Assembly: GCA_964016885.1 (NCBI GenBank)
Contig: OZ024741.1
Span: forward strand, 229,710,001-229,774,000
Source: Eledone cirrhosa
Lineage: Eukaryota
Direction of reading: 5' to 3'
DNA: 64,000 nt
Shown: positions 14,949 to 26,799 of the stretch, piece after piece
Layout: every line of letters begins with the position of its first letter
How positions within the stretch are numbered: position 1 is the first letter of the stretch
The notes under the pieces: generated by a model
What the model was told of the DNA's origin: nothing
Seen by the model: only the letters and a program-made list of their open reading frames with translations
Database searches by the model: none
Translations under genes and position numbers: made by a program

Positions 14949-17900
14949 CTACAGGATGGTATACAGAGAAGGCCCATTTACACGAGCCATTCTCGCCACT
15001 ATCACCCACCTTTCATAAAACTGCCTGTGGCCAAGCACCTCTCTCTCCATTCTTATCCTTCTTCCGAAGTGATATCGGAAGAAGTAGACCAGACTATGGC
15101 CAGAGAGGAAGTTGCCTGACCTCAGACCTTTCAATCGTGTCCACCAAACAACCTCTTTCAACATGGCTATTACGCACAGAAAAACCGCCTTTGCTTCCTT
15201 TGTGAAGAGGGGAGGCGGTTTGATTGTCATCACGGACTCGGCGGTCAATTTAATCGGCGCCACCCGCGACAGTAATCGTTCGGCGTAGCCCCACAGATCA
15301 GCCACGCCCGGACATTGCACCAATGCGTGCGCAACGGTTTCTTCGTGACGCACGCATCTAGGGCAAATCTTTTTTGAGGGATCCCTGCCCGGGCGCCCGT
15401 GTCTGTAGAGCCTCTCTCGAACGGGTAGAGCCCCCCGGTAGCACTGCCATGCCAGTGACTTCTGGAAGTTGTCCATTGGTCCTGGGCCGAAAGTCCTACC
15501 GAACAGGCTGGCCAGTTCGTCTTCTTCCATGTCCAGCGACTCTCCAAGGGTGTCATCGCCCCTGCTAGCCACCAGCCCTCTATAGAATGATGAGGTGGAT
15601 TCTCCACCGATGGCCTGGCCCGCTTGCCAGAGAGCCCTGAGCGCCTGAGCACACTCAGTGTGCCAGTCTCCCAGTTTTCCGGATCTTTGCTTGACCCAGG
15701 ACTGTAGCTCGGTGAGCGAGACGAGTCTCGGAAAGGCTCGTTTCACGAACGGAGCCCACACCGGTTGACCAGTGAGGAATACCTGTAGGTGCCGTAGCCT
15801 TAATGCGTGCCTACGCATCATCAACCACGGCATCCCCAGCCCTCCTTTCGAAGGTTGTTGGCAGCAGATGGATCTTCTCACCATAGGAGGGCGCTTCTTC
15901 CAAAGAAATTGGAAGAGCATGCGTTCCATGGTGGTGAGTGTTTCCTTAGGGCAAGGCACGACAGTCAGGCGGTAGTAAGTGACGGACGCTATGTAAATGT
16001 TCGCCACCTCCGCCCGGCCTCTTAGGGACAGCTTACACTTGGCCCATTTCTGGGTTAGTGCAAACACCTTGTTCGTAACCTCGTTCCAGTTCTTTTCCAC
16101 CTGGAGGTCCGGTCCAAACCAGACCCCAAGCAACTTTACCGGGCCCTCCGTCCAGTGTCCGACGACACCGTCAGGAGGCATCGGTCTGCCTCTCCACGTT
16201 CCGAGTTGCAGCCCGATGGATTTTTCCCGGTTCAGTTTCGCTCCTGACAACCTTTCGTACTCCTCCAGTAAGGTACCGATCGCCTCGATCTCCGAGTCGG
16301 TCGATACCATTACTGTTACGTCATCGGCGTAGGCCGACACCGCTTTCCTCAATCCTGGTTCCAGGGGGATACCCTGCAACAACTCCAACTTCCTCAGTAA
16401 AGGCTCGAGAGTCAATACGTACAGAAGGGAGGAGAGAGGGCACCCCTGTCGAATGGATCGTGTGATTTCGAACGGCTTCGAAAGGTAGCCGTTCACCTTG
16501 ATCCTAGAACAGATGTGGTTGCTATGTAAGGCAGTGATCCAGCCTCTGAAGACAGGACCGAACCCAGCCGCCGCTAGCACCGCATCCAGGTAACCATGGT
16601 CGACCCTATCGAAGGCCTTAGACTGATCCAAGTTGATCAGGGCCCCACCGAAGCCGGGTTTGTTGCCAACCCTCTCTATGATGTATCGCATGAGGTGGAG
16701 GTTATCGTGAATGGACCTGGATGGGATAGCACATGTCTGCGCATCTCCCACCAGGCCACCCACGACAAGCGCCAACCTCTTTGCTAACACCTTGGCCAAA
16801 ATCTTTAACTCTGTGTTTAGCAGGGTTATGGGCCGAAAATTATTTATACTATCTCCCTTGTTCTCGTCCTTCCTCACCAGCGTGACTACGCCCTTGGCTA
16901 CAGAACAAGGAATTCTCCCGTTCTGCCGCCAATTGCAGTAGACCGCTTCGAGGAGTTCGGAGAAGAAGACCGGCATTGCTAAATAAAGTTCGTAAGGTAT
17001 ACCATCGAGACCTGGAGAATTGCGTCTGCTGCATTGGCTCAGCGCATCTCCGATCTCATCAGCCGAGATTGGTCCCTCGCAGGACTCTGCCTCTTCTCTC
17101 GAGAGACGCGGCAGGCCGTCGAGGTATGGACCGAAATCCACGCCCCCGCCCGGACCCTCGCCTCCCCCGAACAATCGGGCAAAGTGTCTTTGAAAGGCCT
17201 CGCACATCTGCTTAGGCTCCCGGATCACCCGTCCATCTTCGTCTTGCAACGACCGGATGGTGGATCGATTTCCACTCTTAGCTTCTGTCACGCGGGCCCA
17301 GCCAACGGCTTTGGCCCCCTCATTACCTAGAGCACGTATTTTACTTCGAATGACGCAGCCTTCGTGCTTTGCATCGAAAAACTGGTTCAAGACCGTCCTC
17401 GATGCCAGCACTCTGGCCACATCTTCGCTCTTGATTGCCTCTTCTAATTTACCTGTTAATTCTTTCTCGTTTCTATTCCTATCGGCAGCTAACATCTTGC
17501 TATAACTTATTGATTCTGTTCTAATCTCTCTTTTGAGAGATGCCCACCATCGATTGTTGACGATTGCACCCGTCAACCTCTCCTTAACTAATCTGCTAAT
17601 CCGGTTTCTGTAAGTCTCTTTTGCCGGTAAAGACAAATTAAGTTTCCAGTAACCGGGACCCTGTTTATGTGTTTTCTCGAGATTGACCACGCAGGTCACT
17701 AATTTGTGATCCGTGTAGCCAACCGTGCGCATTTCTGGACAGCTTAATATGTCCCTATCCTTACTTCTAACTAAGAATCTATCTAAGTACGATCTAGATT
17801 GACCACTGTGGTTTCTCCAAGTCCAGGTAGGCACAGTTGGAAAATCTAGTCGATATCTATCGACCAAGTTAAAACGGTCGAGTAACCCCTTGAGGCTGTT

Positions 17901-18386
17901 ACACCCCCCTCTATTAGGACATGCTCCTGCATAGTCCCAACGTGCATCTAGGATGTCATTCCAATCCCCCGCTGGAAGCAGGGAACGCGACGTTCCCAGA
18001 AAAGTCTCCAAACGCTGGAAGAAGTCGGGCCGTTCAGCTCCGAAAGGGGAGTAGACGGCGACCAGTCTCAAGGCCGCACTTTCACTACTGCCAACGTCTA
18101 GCACCAACAAACGACCCTCCGGGTCCGACTGCACAACCTGTACGGCAAGACCCAGGTGTTTTTGCAGCAGTACGACAACCCCACCCCCACCTCCAGGTTG
18201 ACAGAGAGATGCATGCACCTCAAAGTCATCGAAGGTGGGGGCCAGCTGCCGCACGACGCTGACTCGAGTCTCACAGATAACCATTACATTTATACTGCAT
18301 GACCTGAGGTCATTTAGAAGCTTTGCTTGCTTCCAAGTTGAGCCCAGGCCACGTGCATTCAAACATCCTACTCTTAACACATCCAT
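14949..18386 (-). CDS. LINE ORF2p, 1145 aa: APE endonuclease, reverse transcriptase, C-terminal zinc knuckle
   Basis: CLNARG, ICETR, VYSP, GDWN, SYLDRF, TDH; NFRPITLLN, LDQSKAFDRV, RQGCPLS, AYADD; CPRC-x-ETVAHALVQC; uninterrupted. Confidence 0.97.
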   Translation of the reverse strand: MDVLRVGCLNARGLGSTWKQAKLLNDLRSCSINVMVICETRVSVVRQLAPTFDDFEVHASLCQPGGGGGVVVLLQKHLGLAVQVVQSDPEGRLLVLDVGSSESAALRLVAVYSPFGAERPDFFQRLETFLGTSRSLLPAGDWNDILDARWDYAGACPNRGGCNSLKGLLDRFNLVDRYRLDFPTVPTWTWRNHSGQSRSYLDRFLVRSKDRDILSCPEMRTVGYTDHKLVTCVVNLEKTHKQGPGYWKLNLSLPAKETYRNRISRLVKERLTGAIVNNRWWASLKREIRTESISYSKMLAADRNRNEKELTGKLEEAIKSEDVARVLASRTVLNQFFDAKHEGCVIRSKIRALGNEGAKAVGWARVTEAKSGNRSTIRSLQDEDGRVIREPKQMCEAFQRHFARLFGGGEGPGGGVDFGPYLDGLPRLSREEAESCEGPISADEIGDALSQCSRRNSPGLDGIPYELYLAMPVFFSELLEAVYCNWRQNGRIPCSVAKGVVTLVRKDENKGDSINNFRPITLLNTELKILAKVLAKRLALVVGGLVGDAQTCAIPSRSIHDNLHLMRYIIERVGNKPGFGGALINLDQSKAFDRVDHGYLDAVLAAAGFGPVFRGWITALHSNHICSRIKVNGYLSKPFEITRSIRQGCPLSSLLYVLTLEPLLRKLELLQGIPLEPGLRKAVSAYADDVTVMVSTDSEIEAIGTLLEEYERLSGAKLNREKSIGLQLGTWRGRPMPPDGVVGHWTEGPVKLLGVWFGPDLQVEKNWNEVTNKVFALTQKWAKCKLSLRGRAEVANIYIASVTYYRLTVVPCPKETLTTMERMLFQFLWKKRPPMVRRSICCQQPSKGGLGMPWLMMRRHALRLRHLQVFLTGQPVWAPFVKRAFPRLVSLTELQSWVKQRSGKLGDWHTECAQALRALWQAGQAIGGESTSSFYRGLVASRGDDTLGESLDMEEDELASLFGRTFGPGPMDNFQKSLAWQCYRGALPVRERLYRHGRPGRDPSKKICPRCVRHEETVAHALVQCPGVADLWGYAERLLSRVAPIKLTAESVMTIKPPPLFTKEAKAVFLCVIAMLKEVVWWTRLKGLRSGNFLSGHSLVYFFRYHFGRRIRMEREVLGHRQFYERWVIVARMARVNGPSLYTIL

Positions 18387-18419
18387 GTGGGCGGCAGAGC
18401 CAAAGGAGAGTGTAGAGAC

Positions 18420-20108
18420 CTACCTTTCCGCTTCCCGGGGTTCGGGTTGCACGACTTCCATGGGGTCGGGGGTGTTGGGTGAAGGGGTGTCTTGTGGTGG
18501 TGTGGGGTCGTCAGTGTGTGGTGGGGTTGGGGTGTTTGGAGTTGTGTTGGGGAGGGGAAGGGGAGGGGGAAAGCTTTTTAGTAGGACGCGGTTTATGGGT
18601 TTGACAGAGGGTGGTCCTACGTCCTCCTTAAAATCCTTTTTTAGTTTTTGGTAGAGGTTCATTGGGATCTTTATTAATTTTAAATGTGGGTAGTTTTCTG
18701 AAGAAACAAAGTTTACACCTTCGGTTTGTACCGAAGGATTATTGTTTATGAGTTCATTTAATTTATTATTGTTTCTGTTGATGTAAGTATAGTGTAATGT
18801 CTTTTTTTCGGATGGTGTGAGTGTTTCGAAGAGGGAAGGGGCAGGTTTGGTTTTGTTTGTTGCTGGAGGGGTGTTTTCTGTTTTGTTGGATTGTGTTGAG
18901 ATTTGGGTGGGGGTTGTTTGGCCTTGTGTGTTTTGCACATGTTTTCTTTTTTTCCTTTTAATCTGTCTGAAGGACTCCGTTTCTTCCTCCGAATTCGTTG
19001 GGTTATCTTCAGTGTTGGAGGGAAGAGGTATGTTTGCTGGTAATGTTTCCGTGTTGGTTTTCTTTGTGGGGGAGATGGATGTCACTATGTTAGACTGTGT
19101 TGTGTGTTGTGTCTGCGGTGGTTGTGTTGTTTTATTGAGTGAGAGGTTGGGTGGGCCTGTATTTTGTTTTGGGGTAATGTGTTGTTACTGTTTGTGTTGT
19201 GGTGGTGGTGTGGTTTTACTGAGGGACGGGTTGGGTGGGACTGAGTTTTGTTGTTTGTTTATCTGTTGTGGTGGTGGTGGTGGAGCTGGTGTTGGTAGCA
19301 GGGTTTTCTTTTTGTTGAGTTGGGGACAAGCGGCCTTCAGGTGCCCTCTGCCTGCACAGATATGGCAGGACGGCCTTCTCCCCTCCACGCTAATGTTTAT
19401 ATAGCCGTGGTCCTCTAATAGGATTCTGTCGGGTATTTGGGCGATGCGTTCAGGCTTCATTTGCACTACCAGCTCTATACCTGTTCCACTGAACGCATTG
19501 CCTGTGGTTTTCCCAATGGAAATCACGTTGTCATTCACTGGATCGATGAAGCCAGCTATGAGCCAGCAGTAGTCCACATCTGGCATCATTGCATCCAGCC
19601 ATATGCGTTGAGTTCTTTTACCCATATAAGATGGATAAAAGGTAAAATTTTTCGAACGAATCGGTGACAAAGCACATTCTTTTGCCGCCGATTCGTTCTT
19701 CATGATAATTGCTAGGCTTCCATACAGTCTGTCTTTTCTTATGAAAGTGGTTTCATTAAGTACTTCTGTGAGTACTGTTTTGATATCTGCTTGAGAAGGC
19801 TGTTCAGGTTTTTTTGTACTGTTGTTGATGGTCCGAAACTTGACCGTTCGGCTTTCAATGTCTTTGGTGAATTCTTGAGGCATTTTTACCGATAAAATAC
19901 CATTCTCTCCTTCACTTATGTATTGTTTGGCGTCTATGATTCTTCGTGCCACATATGAAATATTTTCCGGTATATAAGTCAAAGATTTCTTTGTTTTCTG
20001 TGCAAATGAAATCTTGTCGTCTGCTTTGCTTTCTGTTATGGTGTTATTTTCAAATGTTATTTTTGTGTTTGTTGTGTCTTTGTTTGTGTTATTAGTATTG
20101 TCATGCAA
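18420..20108 (-). pseudogene. LINE ORF1p (CCHC knuckle, Pro/Thr/Gln linker, C-terminal domain) with one in-frame stop at 19185-19187
   Basis: ORFs 19185..20108 and 18420..19085 are in the same frame; CHICAGRGHLKAAC; true start probably further upstream. Confidence 0.85.
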
Positions 20109-20565
20109 TTTTTCAAATTTTTTTTTTTTTCGTTGTTGGAATCCATGTCCAGATTTGTGTTTTCGTCATTTTATTTCTCCGCAGATTCGTCTGTTTTTAT
20201 TTTAATTTTTCCTTCCTTCTCTATGACGTTAGTTGGGAAGGAACGGGGGACTAAAGCGTGCGAGCTTACAACTCTTACCGCTGCCCCCCCCCCCCCCCCC
20301 CACCACTATTTTCGTTCGCTGCGTTTAACATTTCTGTTAGACGATTGAAATTTTTTTGCCACAAAATTTTTTAAAACAGGTTTTTCACCTCTAGGAGGGG
20401 TAAAGATGAGCTGACCCACCGCCTGACAGTTCAGACGGGGAGTCAAGCGACACAATTGTATCAAAATTAAATTTGAACTCACAAAATTTCAGCAATAAAT
20501 TTGAACAAAACTTCTGCGCGAAGTGAATTACATCCACACTGTAGAACAGACGACAGCTAGATTCT

Positions 20566-20649
<84 letters not shown>

Positions 20650-20658
20650 ATAGATAGA
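20566..20658. repeat. (GATA)n target tract
   Basis: Direct reading. Confidence 0.98.
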
Positions 20659-21150
20659 TTTCTTTATTAGCCACAAGGGCGCAACAAGAAAGGGGACAAT
20701 ACAAAGACATGCCGGGGATTTTACATACAGTCGTGTAAAAAATATAAAAACAAACAATTTCAACAATCGAAATCCCCAATAGGGAGGAGGCGCCACAAAT
20801 GGGTTGTTTAATACCCCGTCGATAGAACAACCCTCAACTCCAGGAGCGTGTTGTGCAAGTGCTCCTTTCTTCCTTTTGCTCTCTTCCTCAACCTACAGGC
20901 TTATAAACAGAGAAGGCCCAATCACTCGGGCCATTTTCGCTTCATTCACCCACCTTTCAGTAAATTTACTGGGGTGCAGTGCCTCTCTCTCCACCCTGAT
21001 TCTCCTTCTAAAGTGATACTTAAAGAAGGGAATCAATTGTTGTCCGAGAGAAAGGCATCTGTCCTCAGTCCTCTCAACCTCGTCCACCATATAACTTCTT
21101 TCACCATAGCCACCGTACAGAGGAAAACCGCCTCTCTTTCGTTTTTGAAA
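20658..21150 (-). mobile_element. 5'-truncated ~490-bp copy of the A1 family
   Basis: 20800-21148 is near-identical to 8873-9223; GATA repeats on both sides. Confidence 0.93.
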
Positions 21151-23658
21151 GATAGATAGATAGATAGATAACTTTCTTTTTATTTGCCACCAGGGCATCA
21201 AAAAGTGGGACAAGTACAATGGGGGAGTTTACATAAAAAGGCGTCCTCAATGAGGAGGAGGCAATAACAAGATATAAAAATAAAATAAAATATAATAAAA
21301 ATAAATTTAATAACAAAATCCTCAATAGGAAGGAGGCGCCTTGGGGGGCCGCACACACACCCGAAAAAAAGTGTGCAGCCCTTCTCCTCAGGATCACAGA
21401 GAGGGGGTGCTCCCTTGATCTTTCATCTTCCTCACCTATAGTCTGATGTAGAGTGAAGGCCCATTCACACGGGCCATTCTCGCCACTTTCACCCATCTTT
21501 CATAAAAAGGGCTGGGTTGCAGCACCTCTCTCTCCATCCTGATCCTTCTTCCGAAATGATATCGGAAGAAACGGACCAGTTGTTGGCCAGAGAGAAAGGT
21601 GTCTGACCTCAGTCCTTTCAGACGCGTCCACCATACAACCTCTTTCGCCATGGCTATTACGCACAGAAACACCGCCTCTCCTTCATTTTTGAAGGGGGGA
21701 GGCGGCTTAATCGTTACAATGGCCTCGGTTGTCAACCAGATCGGTCCCACCCTTGACAGCAGTTGTTCAACATAGCCCCACAGATCGGCAATGCCCGAGC
21801 AGTGTACCAATGCGTGTGCAACGGTTTCCTCGTCACACGCATCTGGGACAGATCTTTTTCGAGGGGTCCCTACCCGGGCGCCCGTATCTGCAGAGCCTTT
21901 CTCGAACGGGCAGAGCCCCTCGGTAGCACTGCCAGGCCAGGGACCTCTGGAAGTTATCCATGGGTCCCGGGCTGAATGTCCTACCGAACAGGTTGGCCAG
22001 TTCGTCTTCCTCCATGCCTAGTGCTTCTCTATAGAATGCCGAGGTGGATTCTCCAGTGACAGCCGGGTCCGCCTGCCAGAGAAACGTGAGCGCCTGGGCA
22101 CACTCGGTGTGCCAGGCACCCAGTTTTCTCGGTCTTTGCTTGACCCAGGATTGCAGCTCGGAGAGTGAGACGAGTCTGGGAAAGGCTCGCCTCACAAACG
22201 GGGCCCACACCGGTTGACCGGTGAGGAATACCTGGAGGTGCCGTAGCCTTAATGCTAGTGTTTACGTATCATTAGCCACGGCATCCCCAGCCCTCCTTTG
22301 GAAAGGTGTTGACAGCAGATGGATCTCCTCACCAAAGGAGTCCGCTTCTTCCAAAGGAATTGGAAGAGTGCGTGCTCCATTTTGGCGAGCGTTTCCCTTG
22401 GGCAAGGCACAACGGTCAGGCGGTAGTAGATGACGGACGCTATATAAGTGTTCGCCACCTCCGCCCGACCTTTCAGGGACAGTTTGCACACGGCCCACTT
22501 CTGGGTCAGTGCAAACACCCTGCTCGTTACCTCACCCCAGTTCTTCTCCACCTGGAGGTCTGGTCCGAACCAGACCCCGAGCAACTTCACCGGGCGCTCC
22601 GTCCAGCGCCCGACGACGCCATCGGAGGGCATCGATAACTGTAACTCAGTAACTCTGTATTTAGCAGAGTTTGGGCCTGAAATTATTGATATCGTCCCCC
22701 TTGTTCTCGTCCTTCCTCACTAGCGTGACTACGCCCTTGGTCACCACACAGGGAATTCTCCCGTTCTGTTACCAGTTGCAGTAGACCGCCTTGAGGAGAT
22801 CGGGTAACAAGTCGCGAAAGGCCGTCGAGGTATGGACCGAAGTCCACTTCCCCAACCGGCTCCCCACCCCTTCCGAACAATCTGGCAAATTGCTTTTGAA
22901 AAGCCTCGCACATCTGCTTAGGCTCAAGGATCACCCGTCCATCCTGGTCTCGCAAAGACCGGATAGTGGATCTACTCCCTCTTTTGGCTTCTGTCACGCG
23001 GGTTCAGCTAACAGCTTTGGTCCCCTTGCTTCTCAGAGCACGTATTTTGCTTCGGACGATGCAGCCTTCGTGTTTCGCGTCGAAGAACTGGCCCAGGGCC
23101 GTTCTCGACGCTAGCACACTGGCCACGTCGCCGCTTCTAATTGCCTCGACTACACTATCTACCAACTCCCTTTCCTTCCTATTTCTATTTGAGGCTAACT
23201 CCTTACTAAATTCTATAGAGACTACTCTAATCTCTCTTTTGAGAGATCCCCACCACCTGCTGTTGACGATGGCGCCCGTCAACCGCTCCTTAACTAAAGT
23301 GCTAATCCGGTCCCTGTAAGCCTTACTTGCCGGTAAGGACAAGTTGAGCTTCCAGTAACCGGGTCCCTGACTATGCGTTCTGTCAAGGTTGACCATGCAG
23401 GTTACTAACTTGTGGTCTGAATAGCCACCCATGCGCATTTTTGGACAACTTAAAAAGTCCTTATCCTTATTTCTAACTAAGAACCTATCTAGGTACGACC
23501 TAGATGATCCGCTACGGTTTGCCCAAGTCCAGGTTGGCGCAGTCGGAAAATCTAGTCGATATCTATCGGCCAGGTCAAATCAACCGATTAACACTTTGAA
23601 GCTATTACACCCTCTCTATCGGGACAGGCAACTACGTAGTCCCAGCGTGCATCTAGGA

Positions 23659-24627
23659 CAGTGGTCGCCAACATGGGTTCCGCGGAACCTTGGGGTTCCG
23701 TAAAACAAACTCCGGGTTCCTTAAAAAAAATAAATATTTACATTACCATTAATATTTTGGGTTTTCTGAAAAAGGTGCAAAGAAAATGACAAAGGTGCAA
23801 TGTATAAATGAACGAGTACTATTGTAGTGTACACAAGTTCTCCACTCCAATTCGTGGAAAACACTACTTTCAGTTTCTCACTTGAATTAGCAGAAAAACA
23901 CTGTTCTGAGATTCGTGGAAATTGAATACTTTCAATTTCACATCAATTCACATCAAATTTTTGATTTCCATGTGTCTAACACACGTGGGCATGCCCACAA
24001 AGTCAGAAAACAGCACAGTTCCCATGACTTTCGGAAACATTTTTCACGCTCAGAGTTGCTGAAGCATGGAACAAACTGCCTGCATCGGTTGTTAGCTGTC
24101 GAGACACTGCATCCTTTAAGGCCTCTATGCTTCCCGAGATCCGCCAACACTACACCTAATGTTCACCCTCCATACACATACACACATGTATACCATGACT
24201 CATACACTATTCACTTCCCTGACATTTGTGTATTATTTTATGTACTATACATACACCTTTGACGAGTTGTAGTGCACCTGAGCACTTTACACAATAATTT
24301 CATTATTATTATTCTTGGAAAGACATAGTTTTCTGAATTCCGAGAATTTGACTACTACTGATAATATACTAATTGAACTTAGAAATTGACCAATCACAAA
24401 CAAGTAAATGTTGGTCGGTGACAGCATAACTTTAAACTGAAAACTTCAGGTCAGCGAGGTCTCTCAGCCGAGAGACTGGGTCAGTTCGCTGTTCTCACAA
24501 CGTAAGTTCACTAAAATAAATAAATACTTTATTATTTTTTTTTGAAAAGTTTTGTATTGTATAGGTTCCGTGAAGAATTCAAAATATTTAGAGGGTTCCT
24601 CGGTTTTAGAAAGGTTGGCGACCACTG
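23659..24627. mobile_element. Non-autonomous hAT (Charlie/Buster-type) DNA transposon
   Basis: 14-bp TIRs CAGTGGTCGCCAAC/GTTGGCGACCACTG; 8-bp TSD ATCTAGGA at 23651-23658 and 24628-24635 with central TA. Confidence 0.95.
23915..24313 (+). mobile_element. CR1-group LINE 3' fragment nested in the hAT element
   Basis: NTRGHAHKVRKQ...RKHF / RVAEAWNKLPASVV...FK motif and (ATT)n tail. Confidence 0.75.
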
Positions 24628-24992
24628 ATCTAGGATGCCATTCCAGTCCCCCACTAATAGCAAGGAGCGGGACGTCCCTAGAAAAGTCTCCAGACGATGG
24701 AAGAAGTCCGGCCGCATTGACCCGAAAGGGCCGTAGACGGCTACCAACCTAAACGCTCCGCTTTCACCACTGCCAAGGTCCAGACCCACTAGTCGACCCT
24801 CCGGGTCCAAATGTACCGTCTGTGTTGCGAGACCCAGATGTTTTTGCAGCAGAACGACAACCCCACCCCCACCTCCGGGCTGACAGAGAGATGCGTGCAT
24901 CTCAAAGTCATCAAAGGTGGGGGACAGCTGTCGCACGTTGCTGATCCGGGCCTCGCAAATAACCATCACATCTATACGTTGATGTAGAGAAA

Positions 24993-25249
<257 letters not shown>

Positions 25250-25626
25250 TTGTGTGTGTGTGTATACTTATACATACATATATATGTATATATATACTAT
25301 ATATAGAGAGTTATAAACTCAAACAGTCTTTTACAATTAATTAGCTCAAAGAAAGAAGTATTTCTGAGCCGTGAAATACAAGTTAATATAAATTAATATA
25401 TATGATAAACACTAATACAATCATATAAGTGTTTGCATTGTAAATGACCAAGTTAGCTAGATTGAAAAATACTAATTAGATTAATACAGTTTGCCTGTCT
25501 CGATTTAAAATAATAAATCAATAAAAACAAACCCATATTGCCAATATGGGTTTGTTTTTGTCTTCAGAAGATCCCGTTAAGGGTGAAAGCACCGATTCTT
25601 TGCCTAAACTTTAATCTGTTATTTTA

Positions 25627-25683
<57 letters not shown>

Positions 25684-26121
25684 TATAAAGAGAGAGAGAG
25701 AGAGTGGAGGGAGACATACATACACCTATATATATATACGCAACGCAAATATGATATAGATCCTACTTCAAAAACAGCTGTTAATAATGTTCTCTTCATT
25801 TCTTTATTGTTGTCCTGTTCATGTTCCAACACTTTAACATTGGTTTTTGTTGTTACTACTCATATCAACTATACACTCACATATATCCAGTTGTGTAATT
25901 TTAGTTATTTAAATTCCTTTAATTATCCATATGCGTGTATATATATATAGAGAGAGAGATGGATATATATATGTGTGAGTGTGTGTGTATGCGTGTGTCT
26001 GTATATGTATGTGTATATGTATATATATATATATATATTCATATATATATATATATATATATACTATGGAATGCTGTTCGCTTTTCGCTGCAGTGTTTTC
26101 TATACCTTTCATTTATATATC

Positions 26122-26156
<35 letters not shown>

Positions 26157-26424
26157 TCATATATAAACATGTATGTGTGTGTGTCTGTGTGTCTGTGTGT
26201 GTGTGTCTCTCTCTCTGTGTGCGTGTGTGATTGAGTATATATATATATATATATACTCTCGAGTCTCGAATAATCGCACCACACCCTACACCAGCTTATT
26301 TATTTTTGCTTATCTATCTCCAGCAAAATTTTATTTTAAGTGGTAGCATTCCTGCGACAATAAATTTTCTTTATACATTTATTACACCATTATTTGGGAT
26401 TCGAGCGCATATATACATAATAAT

Positions 26425-26775
26425 AATGGTTTCTTATATTGGCACAAGGCCAGCAATTTTTGTGGAGGGGAAAGTCGATTAAATCGACCCCAGTGACTGG
26501 TATCTTATTTTATCGACCCCGTAAGGATGAAAGGCAAAGTTAACCTCGGCGAGATTTGAACTCAGATCATAAAAGGCCGTAACTCTATGCTGTAAAGCAT
26601 GGCGTCCGACCCTCTACCGATACTGCCAATCCACCATAACAATTGTTTCTACTTTAGGCACAAGGCGAGCAATTAACCCAGTGCATTACTGGTACTTTAT
26701 TTTATCGACCCCGTAGGGATGAAAGGCAAAGTCAACATCGGCGAGATTTGAACTCAGATCGTAAAGAGACGTATA
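26425..26775 (-). mobile_element. Two tandem tRNA-derived SINE copies (MetaSINE-like), the second lacking its head
   Basis: Minus strand A box TGGCAGTATCGG, B box GAGTTCAAATC, body GCCTTTCATCCTTACGGGGTCGATAAA. Confidence 0.8.
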
Positions 26776-26799
26776 ATAATAATTAATAATAATAATGCT

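Larger units (their letters stand above)
14735..20560 (-). mobile_element. L1/Tx1-clade LINE copy A2, full length (~5.8 kb), flanked by (GATA)n on both sides
   Basis: 5'UTR, ORF1, intact ORF2 and 3'UTR ending AATAAAGAAA-(TCTA)n. Confidence 0.97.
21172..24975 (-). mobile_element. L1/Tx1-clade LINE copy A3 (ORF2 only, internal RT deletion, interrupted by a hAT MITE)
   Basis: ORF fragments homologous to A2 ORF2; RT core missing around 22632-22680; 3' end in GATA. Confidence 0.92.
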
